64,000 nt of DNA from a candidate division WWE3 bacterium (GCA_016182565.1 JACPGI010000004.1:40321-104320), one strand, 5' to 3'; positions 27,939-38,039 are shown, counted from the first letter of the stretch. Translations and numbers: made by a program. The notes: generated by a model not told the origin, from the sequence alone.

Positions 27939-29162
27939 TTATGCGTCGAAAGAATAATGTATTTTGTTAAAAGTTTTATTTACGCTAATTATTTGATCTT
28001 TTACATCTTCTCCATTTAAGGATTTTGAAACAAGTTCTGCTAAGCTTTCGACATCTGTCTCCTTTAATCCGCGTCTTGTAAGTTCCTGTGTACCTATTCT
28101 TACAAAAAGTCTTCCCCCAAGTGGGTTGTCAAAGTTTGTTGAGATATTATTTGCAAGTAGGTTCTTGTACAGTTTAAAGGGGTCCCCCATTTTATCTATA
28201 AAAACATGAAATTGGTGATTATTTGAGTATTCTCCATTGTTAGCTTTTCGGACTTCAAAGCCTAAATCCACAAATTTTTTGGCCATGGCCCTTGAGTTAG
28301 CAATTATTTGTTTAGCATAATCTTTGCCAAATTCTTTCATCTCAAGTATTGCAATTGATAATGCGATTAAATGAGTCATATGGGGAGTTGAATATAAACA
28401 ACCATCAATTATTGTGTTAGCACTTTCGGCCAGATCAGTGTCTCTAAATGCAATCATGCCTTTGTGAGGGCCGGGCAATGTTTTGTGTGTATTCGCACAT
28501 GTCACATTTGCTCCCTCAAGAAGTGGTGCTTGGAATTGCTGTCCCATGATAAGACCCATTGTATGACTTGCGTCAAAGATAATTGTTATATCTTCCCCCA
28601 CAGCTTGTCTTATTTCCTTTAAATTATGTGGATTAAGATAATATGAGACATCCAAATAAATTGCCTTTGCACCAGTTTCCTTTACCTTTTTAGCTATTGC
28701 TTCTGTGTCAAATCTTAGGTTTTCAAGATCAAAAGTTACATAATTGTGTTTTCTTCCCACTCTTTCTAGAATACCTTTAGTAGCAAAGTGCCCTCCGGCA
28801 TCCTTTGGGACAGTTAAGACTACTTCTCCTGGTTCTGTGACAGATAAAATTGCAGACATCATTGCATGTACTCCGGATAGTACATTTAGGTTCACTGCCT
28901 TTGCAAAAAGCATTTCTTTTGCAGCCTCTGTTGCCAGGTTAAGAAGTTCTTCCACACTTTTAAATCCCAGCCCCATAAATGCCCCAGCCTCAGCTATAGC
29001 ATTGTTATTTCCGCCTCCAAAATAGTACCTGTCAGAAATACTAGACCCAATAAATCTTCTTGCAGTGTTTGAGATTCTATTTTCATTGGCAGTTAGATGA
29101 ATAAAACTATCATTTCGAACTATATCTTTTTCTATGTTATTTAATTGGTTGTGAATTTCCAT
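27939..29162 (-). CDS. PLP-dependent SHMT-superfamily enzyme, L-threonine transaldolase-like
   Basis: LTANEN, GGHFAT, FDASHTMGLIMG, ANTHKTLPGPHKG (PLP Lys), RIGTQELTRRG. Confidence 0.8.
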   Translation of the reverse strand: MEIHNQLNNIEKDIVRNDSFIHLTANENRISNTARRFIGSSISDRYYFGGGNNNAIAEAGAFMGLGFKSVEELLNLATEAAKEMLFAKAVNLNVLSGVHAMMSAILSVTEPGEVVLTVPKDAGGHFATKGILERVGRKHNYVTFDLENLRFDTEAIAKKVKETGAKAIYLDVSYYLNPHNLKEIRQAVGEDITIIFDASHTMGLIMGQQFQAPLLEGANVTCANTHKTLPGPHKGMIAFRDTDLAESANTIIDGCLYSTPHMTHLIALSIAILEMKEFGKDYAKQIIANSRAMAKKFVDLGFEVRKANNGEYSNNHQFHVFIDKMGDPFKLYKNLLANNISTNFDNPLGGRLFVRIGTQELTRRGLKETDVESLAELVSKSLNGEDVKDQIISVNKTFNKIHYSFDA

Positions 29163-29245
29163 AATGTATAAATTGTACACCCACCATCAAGATCTGGTAG
29201 ATTTTTGGTGGATATAGATTATAAGTTTCAAATTGAGGATGTGTT

Positions 29246-29989
29246 TTAAACTTTTTTTGCTACAGTAAATTTCTCGTGCAGGATGTTTTCTCTTGGGACA
29301 CCTTTTTCGATTAATATTTGTGCCATATCCATAATCATTAAAGGGTGACCGCAAAGAACAAAAAGCGTATTTAGCGCATCTTTTACTTCCACATTTTTTG
29401 TTACTCTTCCGGTAAGTATTCTTGGATTTTTTATTTCATTTACAGTAGGTGTGCTTGAATAACAAAGTTTATAATCGAAATGTTCAAGTCTTTTTGTGTA
29501 GTCTTCCAATAAATCAATCTTAAGAAGTTCTTGTGTGTTTCTTATTCCAAAATATAGTGTTAGCTCAAGTTTGCATTTGTTTAAACTAAGTTCTTCAAGC
29601 ATCGACAGTATTGGAGCAATTCCGGTGCCAGTGACGACAAATACAAGATTTTTGTTAAGTGGGGTTGGCAAGCAAAACCTACCTGATGGACCTATAAATT
29701 CCACAGTGTCCCCTATACTTAGCCCATTTATAAAATTTGATCCGGCGCCGTCATGGGCATTTTCAACAAGAAGAGAAATTTTTGAAGCTTTGCTTTTTGA
29801 AGATGCTATTGAGTATGATCTAAATATTCCCTTACCTACACTTAAGGAGACAAATTGTCCAGAAATAAACTTGAAATCAGGGGGTGATATTACTTCTAAA
29901 ATAATTTCGACAACCCTTTGGTTTAATTGGTCTTTTTTAAGCAGTTTTGCAGTATATTTTTTGGGTAATAGGAAACTGTATGGTGTCAA
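29246..29989 (-). CDS. FAD/NAD(P)-binding oxidoreductase (FNR family)
   Basis: GQFV, RSYSIAS, GPSGRF, TGTGIAP, LCGHP, terminal EKF. Confidence 0.9.
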   Translation of the reverse strand: MTPYSFLLPKKYTAKLLKKDQLNQRVVEIILEVISPPDFKFISGQFVSLSVGKGIFRSYSIASSKSKASKISLLVENAHDGAGSNFINGLSIGDTVEFIGPSGRFCLPTPLNKNLVFVVTGTGIAPILSMLEELSLNKCKLELTLYFGIRNTQELLKIDLLEDYTKRLEHFDYKLCYSSTPTVNEIKNPRILTGRVTKNVEVKDALNTLFVLCGHPLMIMDMAQILIEKGVPRENILHEKFTVAKKV

Positions 29990-30876
29990 TTTATTTTTGC
30001 CCTTTCAACATGATTAATCAGTGGTAAATCTAAGTTTGTACTTTCTTGTGGCTGATTGACACCGGATTTTATTGTACTTGTGCTTACCGAAGCTATGAAA
30101 TATTTTTTACCAAAAATTCTAAGCATCAATAGACTTACTACAGAAACAACTGAGGTAACGTATATTGTAATCATCCAAGTCTCTTTTGAATCAGATCCTG
30201 ACATGATCCCATGAAAAAGAAATGTTAAATAAAATAGAAAACTTGAATAGTGTATTGCTCGCCATACTTTTAAAGGAACGATTTTTTTTCTAAGTCTTGA
30301 AGTTACAACTAGAACAAATGAAAGATACATGGCTATTATACCAAGTGATATAGGTAACCCAAGCTTCCAACCCACAGCAGATTTTATATCCCCTCCTACA
30401 GCAAATGGAACTAATATTTCATGTAGTTTTAGTTTTACGATGTCATCAAACATAAAAGAAACAAAATGAATAACAAGAAGTGTGAGAGCAATAAAGGATG
30501 CGTTAAAGCTATGTGCTTCAAGGGCATTTGGAGCACTAAGGAATGGAAACTTGAGAAGTAGTTTTGATGTCATCAAAAGTCCCATACAAATGACCAATGT
30601 AAACATGATAAAAGATGCAATTCCAGCAGTTTTTCCCACATACCACATAATATGGGCATCTTTTTGAAGTGTCGGAGCCATTGCTGCTGATTTATATACT
30701 TTTAAAATGCTTGAGGAGTTGTCATTTGGATTTGTAGTTGCGTCTTTGTCGCTATCCTCACTGTTAATATTTGTTTTGTAAGTTTTTTTCTCTTGTTCAG
30801 TGTGGACTACCGCGATAAACGAACCAATAGTGGTAAATACTGCAAAAAGAAATAGTAGTAGTTTTAGTTTTTTCAT
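29986..30876 (-). CDS. Ferric reductase-like transmembrane (heme b) protein
   Basis: About 6 TM helices; His pairs EAH..IH and WRAIH..FH; GSDS. Confidence 0.8.
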   Translation of the reverse strand: MKKLKLLLFLFAVFTTIGSFIAVVHTEQEKKTYKTNINSEDSDKDATTNPNDNSSSILKVYKSAAMAPTLQKDAHIMWYVGKTAGIASFIMFTLVICMGLLMTSKLLLKFPFLSAPNALEAHSFNASFIALTLLVIHFVSFMFDDIVKLKLHEILVPFAVGGDIKSAVGWKLGLPISLGIIAMYLSFVLVVTSRLRKKIVPLKVWRAIHYSSFLFYLTFLFHGIMSGSDSKETWMITIYVTSVVSVVSLLMLRIFGKKYFIASVSTSTIKSGVNQPQESTNLDLPLINHVERAKIN

Positions 30877-30898
30877 ATGCTTAAATGTGTTTAGATAG

Positions 30899-31135
30899 CT
30901 AAAGTGCGATTTCGTTACCATTTTCATCAAGGAGTTTAATTGCTTGTGTTGGGCAAGACTTAGCTGCTTGAATTAACTCCTCATCTGTATGGTCTAATAC
31001 TGTAGAAAGCGCTTCAACGACTCCATCTTTGTCCAATACAAATGCCTTAGGGGCTATAACCACACAAGTTGCGGCTCCGATGCATGCATTTTTATCTATT
31101 GCAACTTTATAAACTTTACGGGTGGTTTCAGTCAC
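30899..31135 (-). CDS. Single-cluster ferredoxin, probably [3Fe-4S]
   Basis: CIGAATC (second Cys replaced by Ala) ... SCPTQAI. Confidence 0.88.
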   Translation of the reverse strand: MTETTRKVYKVAIDKNACIGAATCVVIAPKAFVLDKDGVVEALSTVLDHTDEELIQAAKSCPTQAIKLLDENGNEIAL

Positions 31136-31227
31136 ATGGTTATTTTACCAAAAATTGGTTGGGGGTGTTTTCCGGGTTTTTCAAAAATTAATATAGTTAA
31201 ATATGGAGAATTAGGTATCATTAATGT

Positions 31228-32802
31228 ATGGTACTTCAACAGGGTTTAGCCCCTACCTCTAGTAATATCAACAATTCGGAGTTGGGATTTGTTCCGGCAA
31301 TTTCTACACCAGATTTAGCCAAAAGGTCATCACAATTTGAAAAGCTCGAATCAATTCGAGAATTTATAGTATTTCCACACACTGCAAAAAATGATCCCAC
31401 GGAGATTTTCGCTGTTTCTGAGGAATCTGCAATATTTGTCCATGCACTGATAGCAAATCATAAAGAGTCTGCCAAGCATATAGAGTTGGCTTTCGAGTGT
31501 GTTGCTAAATTATACGAGGATGAGAGCCTAAAGCCTTATTTTGAATCCCCAAGTTTTTCTGGCTACCTTAGATTCTTGGAAGCGTTGGATGAGAAGTTTT
31601 TAGACAACACAAACCCTACCCAACCAGGAAGCTTAAAAGCTGAGGATGATCCGTTTACAAACCATACAGTACGCTTTGCAAAACACTTATTCACTGTAGC
31701 CTATGTTAAGAAGTTAATAGCGGGCTCTAGTGATAAAAATCCGAATTCATTGGAAGTTTTAAAGATTATGCTTAGTGAAACTTTAATGACATATTGTGAA
31801 ATCCAAGAGTTATTAGAAGACTCTATAAGTAATAAAACCCAAGAATTAAATAGACTAGGTAAAGGTAAAGTTTTATCGGTAGAAGTAAATCAAGATAACG
31901 CTCAAAAATTACTAGCCAGAAGTATGAACGTGGTTTCCACAATTGGTATGTATTTTTTCAAAGATCCCAGAACTAATATGGAAATGGAGGGAATATTTGC
32001 AGGTATTCGTCAGTATTATTTAGATCGAGCTGAGTCAAAAAAAGAAAACACCACACATTTAAATGATAAGAAAAAAAGAAGCTTAAATATGTTTGAAAAG
32101 ACTGAGGTTGGGGTAAGGTCTGAAATACTTGCATTTGGTTTTCTAACCGAGATTACAAAGACTTTAAATGCTAGATTAGTGCAGTCTAATGGTGAGGTGG
32201 TAGATATAAAACAAGATGCTTATGATGATTTTTTGCTAGAGGCCAATAAATTCTTGAAAGCTAACCCAAAACGCTTTTTTGTCATGCACAGCTCACCTGA
32301 GCTTGATTACCGTGGTGTAGCAGATTTATGTATTGCAGCCGAGATAGATGATGGTGTTAATAAGGTGATTCTTCTTTCTGAAGTAAAAGTTGAAGATATT
32401 GTAGAAAAAGATAGAACTATATTATTAGCTACAGGTACACATCCAATGCCAAGAAATAAAGCGGGCAAAGGGAGGCGCCCTCCTGAAGTACTTTCAAATG
32501 GACAAAGAATTTGGAAGGATATTCCAGAGGCGGTGGCTTGGTATGTTGACGAAACACTTAGTTCAGTTGCTTCAATCAGAATTGCAAAAGATTTAGTATC
32601 AGATGGCACTATAACAAACCGTGTGGAAGGTTTAGTTAGGATAGGTGGATATTCACATACAGCAGCGCTAAAAAATTTAAGAGGGGTAGTTTCCCCATCT
32701 GACAATAGAAACGAAGAGAAAGCTAAAGTTGAAGAAACTAAATTAACAATGACTAAAATCCTTACTCAATTACTTAAACACCAGACATTAGCGAGGGGTT
32801 AG
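31228..32802 (+). CDS. Hypothetical 524-aa protein, possible C-terminal PD-(D/E)xK nuclease fold
   Basis: Long ORF; SEIL ... D..GVAD ... SEVK arrangement (function is inference). Confidence 0.6.
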   Translation: MVLQQGLAPTSSNINNSELGFVPAISTPDLAKRSSQFEKLESIREFIVFPHTAKNDPTEIFAVSEESAIFVHALIANHKESAKHIELAFECVAKLYEDESLKPYFESPSFSGYLRFLEALDEKFLDNTNPTQPGSLKAEDDPFTNHTVRFAKHLFTVAYVKKLIAGSSDKNPNSLEVLKIMLSETLMTYCEIQELLEDSISNKTQELNRLGKGKVLSVEVNQDNAQKLLARSMNVVSTIGMYFFKDPRTNMEMEGIFAGIRQYYLDRAESKKENTTHLNDKKKRSLNMFEKTEVGVRSEILAFGFLTEITKTLNARLVQSNGEVVDIKQDAYDDFLLEANKFLKANPKRFFVMHSSPELDYRGVADLCIAAEIDDGVNKVILLSEVKVEDIVEKDRTILLATGTHPMPRNKAGKGRRPPEVLSNGQRIWKDIPEAVAWYVDETLSSVASIRIAKDLVSDGTITNRVEGLVRIGGYSHTAALKNLRGVVSPSDNRNEEKAKVEETKLTMTKILTQLLKHQTLARG

Positions 32803-32954
32803 AAGTATAGTATCTTACTTTTGTTGTACTACGTGATAACTCATAAACCCTGTAATCATTTTCAAGTAGTTTTTCACAAATATGTTTTCCAAGCCCATAA
32901 CTTGATCCAGTGACAAGTACATTTAGCATAATTTGATTTTATCACTTAAGGATA

Positions 32955-32988
32955 ATATGTCCCAAATTTTTTTAAATTCGGGACATAT
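32955..32988 (-). terminator. Hairpin after MerR-like gene
   Basis: ATATGTCCC/GGGACATAT with inner A/U stem. Confidence 0.55.
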
Positions 32989-33030
32989 CTTGGGTGTTGG
33001 GCTTTTGGTGAACGTTTGGTTTTTGATGTT

Positions 33031-33300
33031 TCAATTGATACTAGCAATGAGTTTTGCCAATATCACTATTTCTTCTGTCATGTTATCTACCAAACTCCTC
33101 ATCTGGTTTTCCAAAGCTTTTTTTGCCAGCTCTTTTTGTTTTGGCGTGAGCTGTCTTAGTATTGCTTCGACGTCTTTGGCATCAAATACCCTGCCACCAG
33201 CTAGATTTTTACTAGCCTCGGGAATAAGCTTTTCTTTTTCCCATCTTAGAAGGGTCGATTTACTAACACCAATTATTTTACAAACATAGTGTGTTTTCAT
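33031..33300 (-). CDS. MerR-like HTH DNA-binding protein
   Basis: VCKIIGVSKSTLLRWEKEKLIP..GGRVF..DV; GAGG SD; TTGACA-N17-TACATT promoter ~130 nt upstream. Confidence 0.8.
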   Translation of the reverse strand: MKTHYVCKIIGVSKSTLLRWEKEKLIPEASKNLAGGRVFDAKDVEAILRQLTPKQKELAKKALENQMRSLVDNMTEEIVILAKLIASIN

Positions 33301-33557
33301 GTGAGCCTCAATCTTATTTTGATTTTGGCCTCATTTTTTTACGTGTGGCAGCCTCACTGGTCCAGTGACGTACACCTTTTTTGTTTATTTTGCCTCCAAA
33401 TCTGAGTTAGTTTGAGTTTGTTTTCAAAAATGTATCGTTATATGATGTTTCTGTCAATTTTTAGTTATTTAACTTCAAATACTAAGTGCAGATACCAAAA
33501 CTACTATTAGTGGAAGGTTAGTCAATTAACCAAACACACAAATGTTAAAATTAAGTT

Positions 33558-34628
33558 ATGCCAAAATGGGTTAAATTTCTCGCTTTGTTTATGCTGCTTG
33601 TTGTGACCAGTATAGTTTCTTTCTTTTTAATTCCAAAAGATAAGCCAAATACAAATACAGCAGTTGAATTACTTGAAGTTCCTAAAGATTTATCAGATAT
33701 CCAGCCAAATATTGGTATAGAATATTTAAGAAATTTAAAGGTGGACTCTGAGGCACCAGAGATTGTGCAAGAATTGCCTAACGGCCCAAATTATAAAAGA
33801 TACATTGCAAGCTACATCAGTGAGGGAAATAAAATTTATGGACTTTTGACTGTTCCAAATGCGGCTCCTCCAGAAAATGGTTTTGGTGCAATTATCTTTG
33901 TACATGGCTATATCCCACCAAAACAATACAAAACCACAGAAAAATATACTGCTTATGTAGATTATTTAGCACGAAACAATTTTGTTGTTTTTAAAATTGA
34001 CCTTCGTGGTAATGGCGACTCAGAAGGTGCTCCTACTGGATCTTATTTTTCTCCTGATTACACAATTGATATAATAAGTGCGGCCAAAAGCCTTTCAAAA
34101 CTAAATATTGCTCCAGTAAATAAAATAGGAGTTTGGGGTCACAGCATGGCAGGCAATGCAATTTTGCGTGCAATGCTTGTAGATAGTGTATTTAAAGCAG
34201 GAGTTATATGGGCTGGGGCAGTTTATAGCTATGAAGATTTTTCTAAATATAGATTAAATGATTCTTCTTATGTTCGAGGCCAAACTGATCCACATTATGA
34301 TTCCAGTAATTTAACAAATAATTATGCACCAGAAATTGTTAAGTTAAGGACAAAACCAGACGAAGTAGATTTTAATGATAAATTCTGGAGCTTAATTTCT
34401 TTGACAAAAAACATAAAATATTTAGTGGCACCAGTCCAAATTCATCATGCTATAGATGACTCTGTTGTTAACATTGGTTATTCTAAGGACTTAGTAAAAA
34501 CTTTAAGTGGCAATAATAAGACCTATGAGTTTTATGAATATGATGGTGGAGGACACAACATAAATTCCCCCTATTTTGAACAGGCTATGGAAAGAACTAT
34601 AGAGTTTTTTAAAAGAAATTTAAAATAA
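33558..34628 (+). CDS. Membrane-anchored alpha/beta hydrolase (S9 peptidase-like)
   Basis: HGY, DLRGNGDSEG, GHSMAG nucleophile, DDSVV, GGGH. Confidence 0.88.
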   Translation: MPKWVKFLALFMLLVVTSIVSFFLIPKDKPNTNTAVELLEVPKDLSDIQPNIGIEYLRNLKVDSEAPEIVQELPNGPNYKRYIASYISEGNKIYGLLTVPNAAPPENGFGAIIFVHGYIPPKQYKTTEKYTAYVDYLARNNFVVFKIDLRGNGDSEGAPTGSYFSPDYTIDIISAAKSLSKLNIAPVNKIGVWGHSMAGNAILRAMLVDSVFKAGVIWAGAVYSYEDFSKYRLNDSSYVRGQTDPHYDSSNLTNNYAPEIVKLRTKPDEVDFNDKFWSLISLTKNIKYLVAPVQIHHAIDDSVVNIGYSKDLVKTLSGNNKTYEFYEYDGGGHNINSPYFEQAMERTIEFFKRNLK

Positions 34629-34682
34629 AGAGGTTTTTTTCTGAAGTAGAAAAATTACTAACTAGATCCTATGTAATTTACG

Positions 34683-35492
34683 CTATTTGATTTTTACCGC
34701 AATGCCGTACTGGTTAAATGGTTTTCCAAAACCGGACACATCTTTCCAATTTCGCATAAAATTTGAGGCATTTACAAATCTTATACCATAACCCTTTGGG
34801 TTTATTCCAAATTCAGCAAGCTGCTCTGGTGTGTAATCAATATCTCTTGTCTCTACTGAATCATACATAAGTTCTGCTTCAGTTTTGGGTGTCTCCTCGT
34901 TTATATCTTTACCCATGTGCATACCATAAACACTATTTTCATTTGATAGTCTTTGATAATAATGAAACATTGGGTCAACGACTATAAAGTGTTTTTTACC
35001 ATTTATCATTACTTTTCCGCATACAATTAAATAATGCCCATCTTCATTTACATCTCTTTCATGACCATAATTTGGGATTGTTTGTACAGGGCAAATCACT
35101 ACATATCCATTCTCTAGCATCTCGTCTAAAAAAGCTTCAGATTTTCTATTAGTTTGTTCCGTGGGGTTTTCTACAGAGTCCTTTATATAAGTCTCAACAT
35201 TATATTTAGTAAGAATACCTTCTATTACTTCCGGTGGGGTGACAAGTCCAGCTAGTGATCTTCTCTCTTCTTTAGGTCTTATACTTTTAATATCATCTAT
35301 AACCTCGTTTATTATTTTGATTTGGTTTACATCTTTTCCTAACGTTTTTAGTACATCACATAGTACTGCAGGGCCACAGCTATAACTTTTTTCTTGTTCT
35401 TCACTATGGACCTCAATAAATATAGAGTTTGAATCTTTTTCCAATGAATTGATGAAGTGATTTGAAGTCTCAAAATTTTTATTTTCTGTCAT
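34683..35492 (-). CDS. C39-like cysteine peptidase
   Basis: QEKSYSCGPA, GHYLIV, VDP. Confidence 0.75.
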   Translation of the reverse strand: MTENKNFETSNHFINSLEKDSNSIFIEVHSEEQEKSYSCGPAVLCDVLKTLGKDVNQIKIINEVIDDIKSIRPKEERRSLAGLVTPPEVIEGILTKYNVETYIKDSVENPTEQTNRKSEAFLDEMLENGYVVICPVQTIPNYGHERDVNEDGHYLIVCGKVMINGKKHFIVVDPMFHYYQRLSNENSVYGMHMGKDINEETPKTEAELMYDSVETRDIDYTPEQLAEFGINPKGYGIRFVNASNFMRNWKDVSGFGKPFNQYGIAVKIK

Positions 35493-35576
35493 GGGACAAT
35501 TGTACAACAGTTTTTGCATTCAAGTCACCCTTGTTACTATAAGTTATGTTATAATAACGAGCAAAAGGAGACCAAC

Positions 35577-35749
35577 ATGGTAAAAAAGCAGAGCCAAAAA
35601 AGTCTATGAAAAAGACTTGGGAAAATCGGTTTAAAGAGCTAAAGAAAAGACATTCTACAGGTAAACTTTCTGATTTAGGTTATTCTGCACTAAAATACCG
35701 CCTTAATGAACGATACCGACGATGGAAGATGTACAATGGTTTATTCTAA
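35577..35749 (+). CDS. Small basic protein; SD-led start joins the 47-aa ORF (35606-35749) only via a -1 shift
   Basis: AAAAGGAG SD then ATG GTA AAA AAG; the -1 frame gives MVKKAEPKKSMKKTWENRFKELKKRHSTGKLSDLGYSALKYRL...; hairpin at 35766-35800. Confidence 0.5.
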
Positions 35750-35912
35750 AAGCTTCAAATAACTTAAATGCATAGCTGAAATTTTTCGACTATGCCATTT
35801 GTTTAAAATTTAAAAAAAATACTAAGTTTATTTTAATATTGTTCTTTCATATATAAATTATCGAAACATAAAAATATCAGAAAGCGATCAACTAGTTAAA
35901 AACAAAATCTAG

Positions 35913-36860
35913 CTATTTAGCAATTACTGTAAGTAGGTATACAAAATAAATTCCAATTAGTAATACACCAATAAATTTTGGAATATATTTTCCCTTTAAG
36001 AAATGTACAATAAAAAACAATACAATGGCTGAAGATATAAACCAAATCCAATCAAAACTTTCTAAGTAAGTGTAATTAGTAAATAAGTAAGAAATACCCC
36101 CAATAAATGTGATGTTATATATGTTGCTTCCCAATATATTTCCCATTGTAAGTTTTTCATCTTTATTATTTTGGCTAAATAGTGTAGTTGATAGTTCAGG
36201 TAGTGATGTAGCTACTGCTGTCAAGCAAAGGCCTAAAACTGTTGTGGAATAGCCAAGTATGGCTGAGAGACTTTCCACAGAATTTACTATTACAAACCCA
36301 CCTAAAGTTATACCTATTACTGCTACAAGCAACAGTATTAAGTCTTTTGTCGAAAAATTTGTTTTTTGATTTTGAAATTTAGATATTAAGGAAAAATCCT
36401 CGTGATTTTGACCATCTATTCCCCAGCGATATTCTATTATTGTAACAAGTATCCCAAAGGTTATTAGGATAATTCCTGCAATAAACGAGTTCATTGGGAT
36501 AAAATGCAGCAGCGTGTAAAGTGCAGTAACTGTTATTAACAAATACGTAGTTTTAGGAGTTTTTGTTGTGCCTATTCCTAATTTTCCAAACATTATTCCA
36601 ACTGCAAGTACTAGAAGTATATTAGTGATATTAGACCCGATTATATTTCCCAGTGCCAAACCGTAATCACCTTTAATTGAGGCTATGGTTGAGACAACAA
36701 GTTCAGGTAAAGATGTTCCAATAGCAACTATTGTTATTCCAATAATTAAGGGTGATAAATGTATCTTGTGAGCTAATTGCTGAGATTTATCGACAAGCGC
36801 CTTTGTAGAAATAAGTAAAACAGTTAATCCAAATAGAAATAGAGCCAATGTTAGAAACAT
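35913..36860 (-). CDS. Calcium/sodium antiporter (YrbG/CaCA family)
   Basis: Two alpha repeats GTSLPEL..GNIIGSN and ATSLPEL..GNILGSN. Confidence 0.92.
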   Translation of the reverse strand: MFLTLALFLFGLTVLLISTKALVDKSQQLAHKIHLSPLIIGITIVAIGTSLPELVVSTIASIKGDYGLALGNIIGSNITNILLVLAVGIMFGKLGIGTTKTPKTTYLLITVTALYTLLHFIPMNSFIAGIILITFGILVTIIEYRWGIDGQNHEDFSLISKFQNQKTNFSTKDLILLLVAVIGITLGGFVIVNSVESLSAILGYSTTVLGLCLTAVATSLPELSTTLFSQNNKDEKLTMGNILGSNIYNITFIGGISYLFTNYTYLESFDWIWFISSAIVLFFIVHFLKGKYIPKFIGVLLIGIYFVYLLTVIAK

Positions 36861-36900
36861 AGTAACTAAATTATACGTTATCTAAAAAGGTTTTTTATAA

Positions 36901-36913
36901 GATGTGTGAACTA
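36901..36913 (+). repeat. Direct repeat GATGTGTGAACTA, copy 1
   Basis: Identical 13-mer at 38058-38070; both lie at the 3' ends of adjacent minus-strand genes. Confidence 0.7.
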
Positions 36914-36918
36914 TTTAT

Positions 36919-37932
36919 TTAGGATAAGTTTTCTATAATTTGCTTCCAGTGAAGTCTATCTCCAAAGAAACTACCTTGATTTTTAATTTCTTCTAAAATC
37001 TTTTTTTGAGCTTCAGTTTGTGGGGTAGCACCTAATACTTTAAGAGCATATTCATATAGTTCTTGACCCGTAACTTCTTGTCTTTCCCCAAATATATTAT
37101 TTAACAATTTATCTACAGGGCCTTCTTCAACATCTAGTTCAATTCCTTTAGCAAGTCTACTTTTATCAATATCTTGTAATCTTTTTTGATAATCTAAATC
37201 TGTAATATTGTATTTTTTATCTAGTATATCCTTCTCTTCTGGAGTTAATTGCAAAAACTTTTCGTACCTGGAAATTCTTTCTAATCTTTCATACGAATTT
37301 TTAAAAGCATCTTGAGTTCTTTTAGTAACGAGATGAATTTTAATAACCTCATCCTCCTCAGAAGGAAATCCCGCATCCATGATTATAAGATTACCTGTAG
37401 TATCACTTCTAATTACATTTCCGGGGTGAAAATCTAAAGGTACCCCAAACTCTATAAAAGATTTTTTTACTCCCCAAACAATATCCATAAATTGCTCTCT
37501 ATTTTTTGATACCATTTCTTGAGTGTTTACATACTCTGTGCCAATTAATTCACCGAGTACTTTTCCAGGAATAAATTTTTGCACCAACATATAACCTTCT
37601 TTATCATGTTGATCCTTTCCCAAAACAAAATAAGATCTAGCAAAATGCTCTTTTCCAAAAATAGTCTCAAGTTTATTTTGATCAGATTGCATTTTCTTTA
37701 CTCTGTCAGGATTTCTTAAAAAATCTAACATTTCCTGTGAACGCGGTTCACCTGTACTAGTATTAGGGTTTACTTCTTTTAGAACCCAATCATGACCTAG
37801 TATTTTAACTTGCGATTCCCAACCTTTCCCTATTATTTTTTCTTCATCTGTTTCAGTATCTTTGCTAGGTAAGTATGAAAAGGGAAATTCATTATCATTT
37901 TGGCCAGTATTAGGTATATGTTCTATGCTCAT
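36919..37932 (-). CDS. Protein kinase-like fold protein
   Basis: IGKGWESQV Gly loop, VLKE, DFHPGNV catalytic loop, IMDAG. Confidence 0.7.
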   Translation of the reverse strand: MSIEHIPNTGQNDNEFPFSYLPSKDTETDEEKIIGKGWESQVKILGHDWVLKEVNPNTSTGEPRSQEMLDFLRNPDRVKKMQSDQNKLETIFGKEHFARSYFVLGKDQHDKEGYMLVQKFIPGKVLGELIGTEYVNTQEMVSKNREQFMDIVWGVKKSFIEFGVPLDFHPGNVIRSDTTGNLIIMDAGFPSEEDEVIKIHLVTKRTQDAFKNSYERLERISRYEKFLQLTPEEKDILDKKYNITDLDYQKRLQDIDKSRLAKGIELDVEEGPVDKLLNNIFGERQEVTGQELYEYALKVLGATPQTEAQKKILEEIKNQGSFFGDRLHWKQIIENLS

Positions 37933-38039
37933 GATTTAATCTTATATCAGTTTGATAGTAGTGTACAAAAAGTAAATAAAAAAGTTTGGTCTTACATGTA
38001 TCGATTCGAAGTTTATATTGTTATAACATCATAAAGTAC

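Noticed and set aside
33031-33300. MerR-like HTH as an IS607 resolvase or prophage excisionase
   Set aside because: No catalytic domain, tnpB, integrase or phage genes nearby
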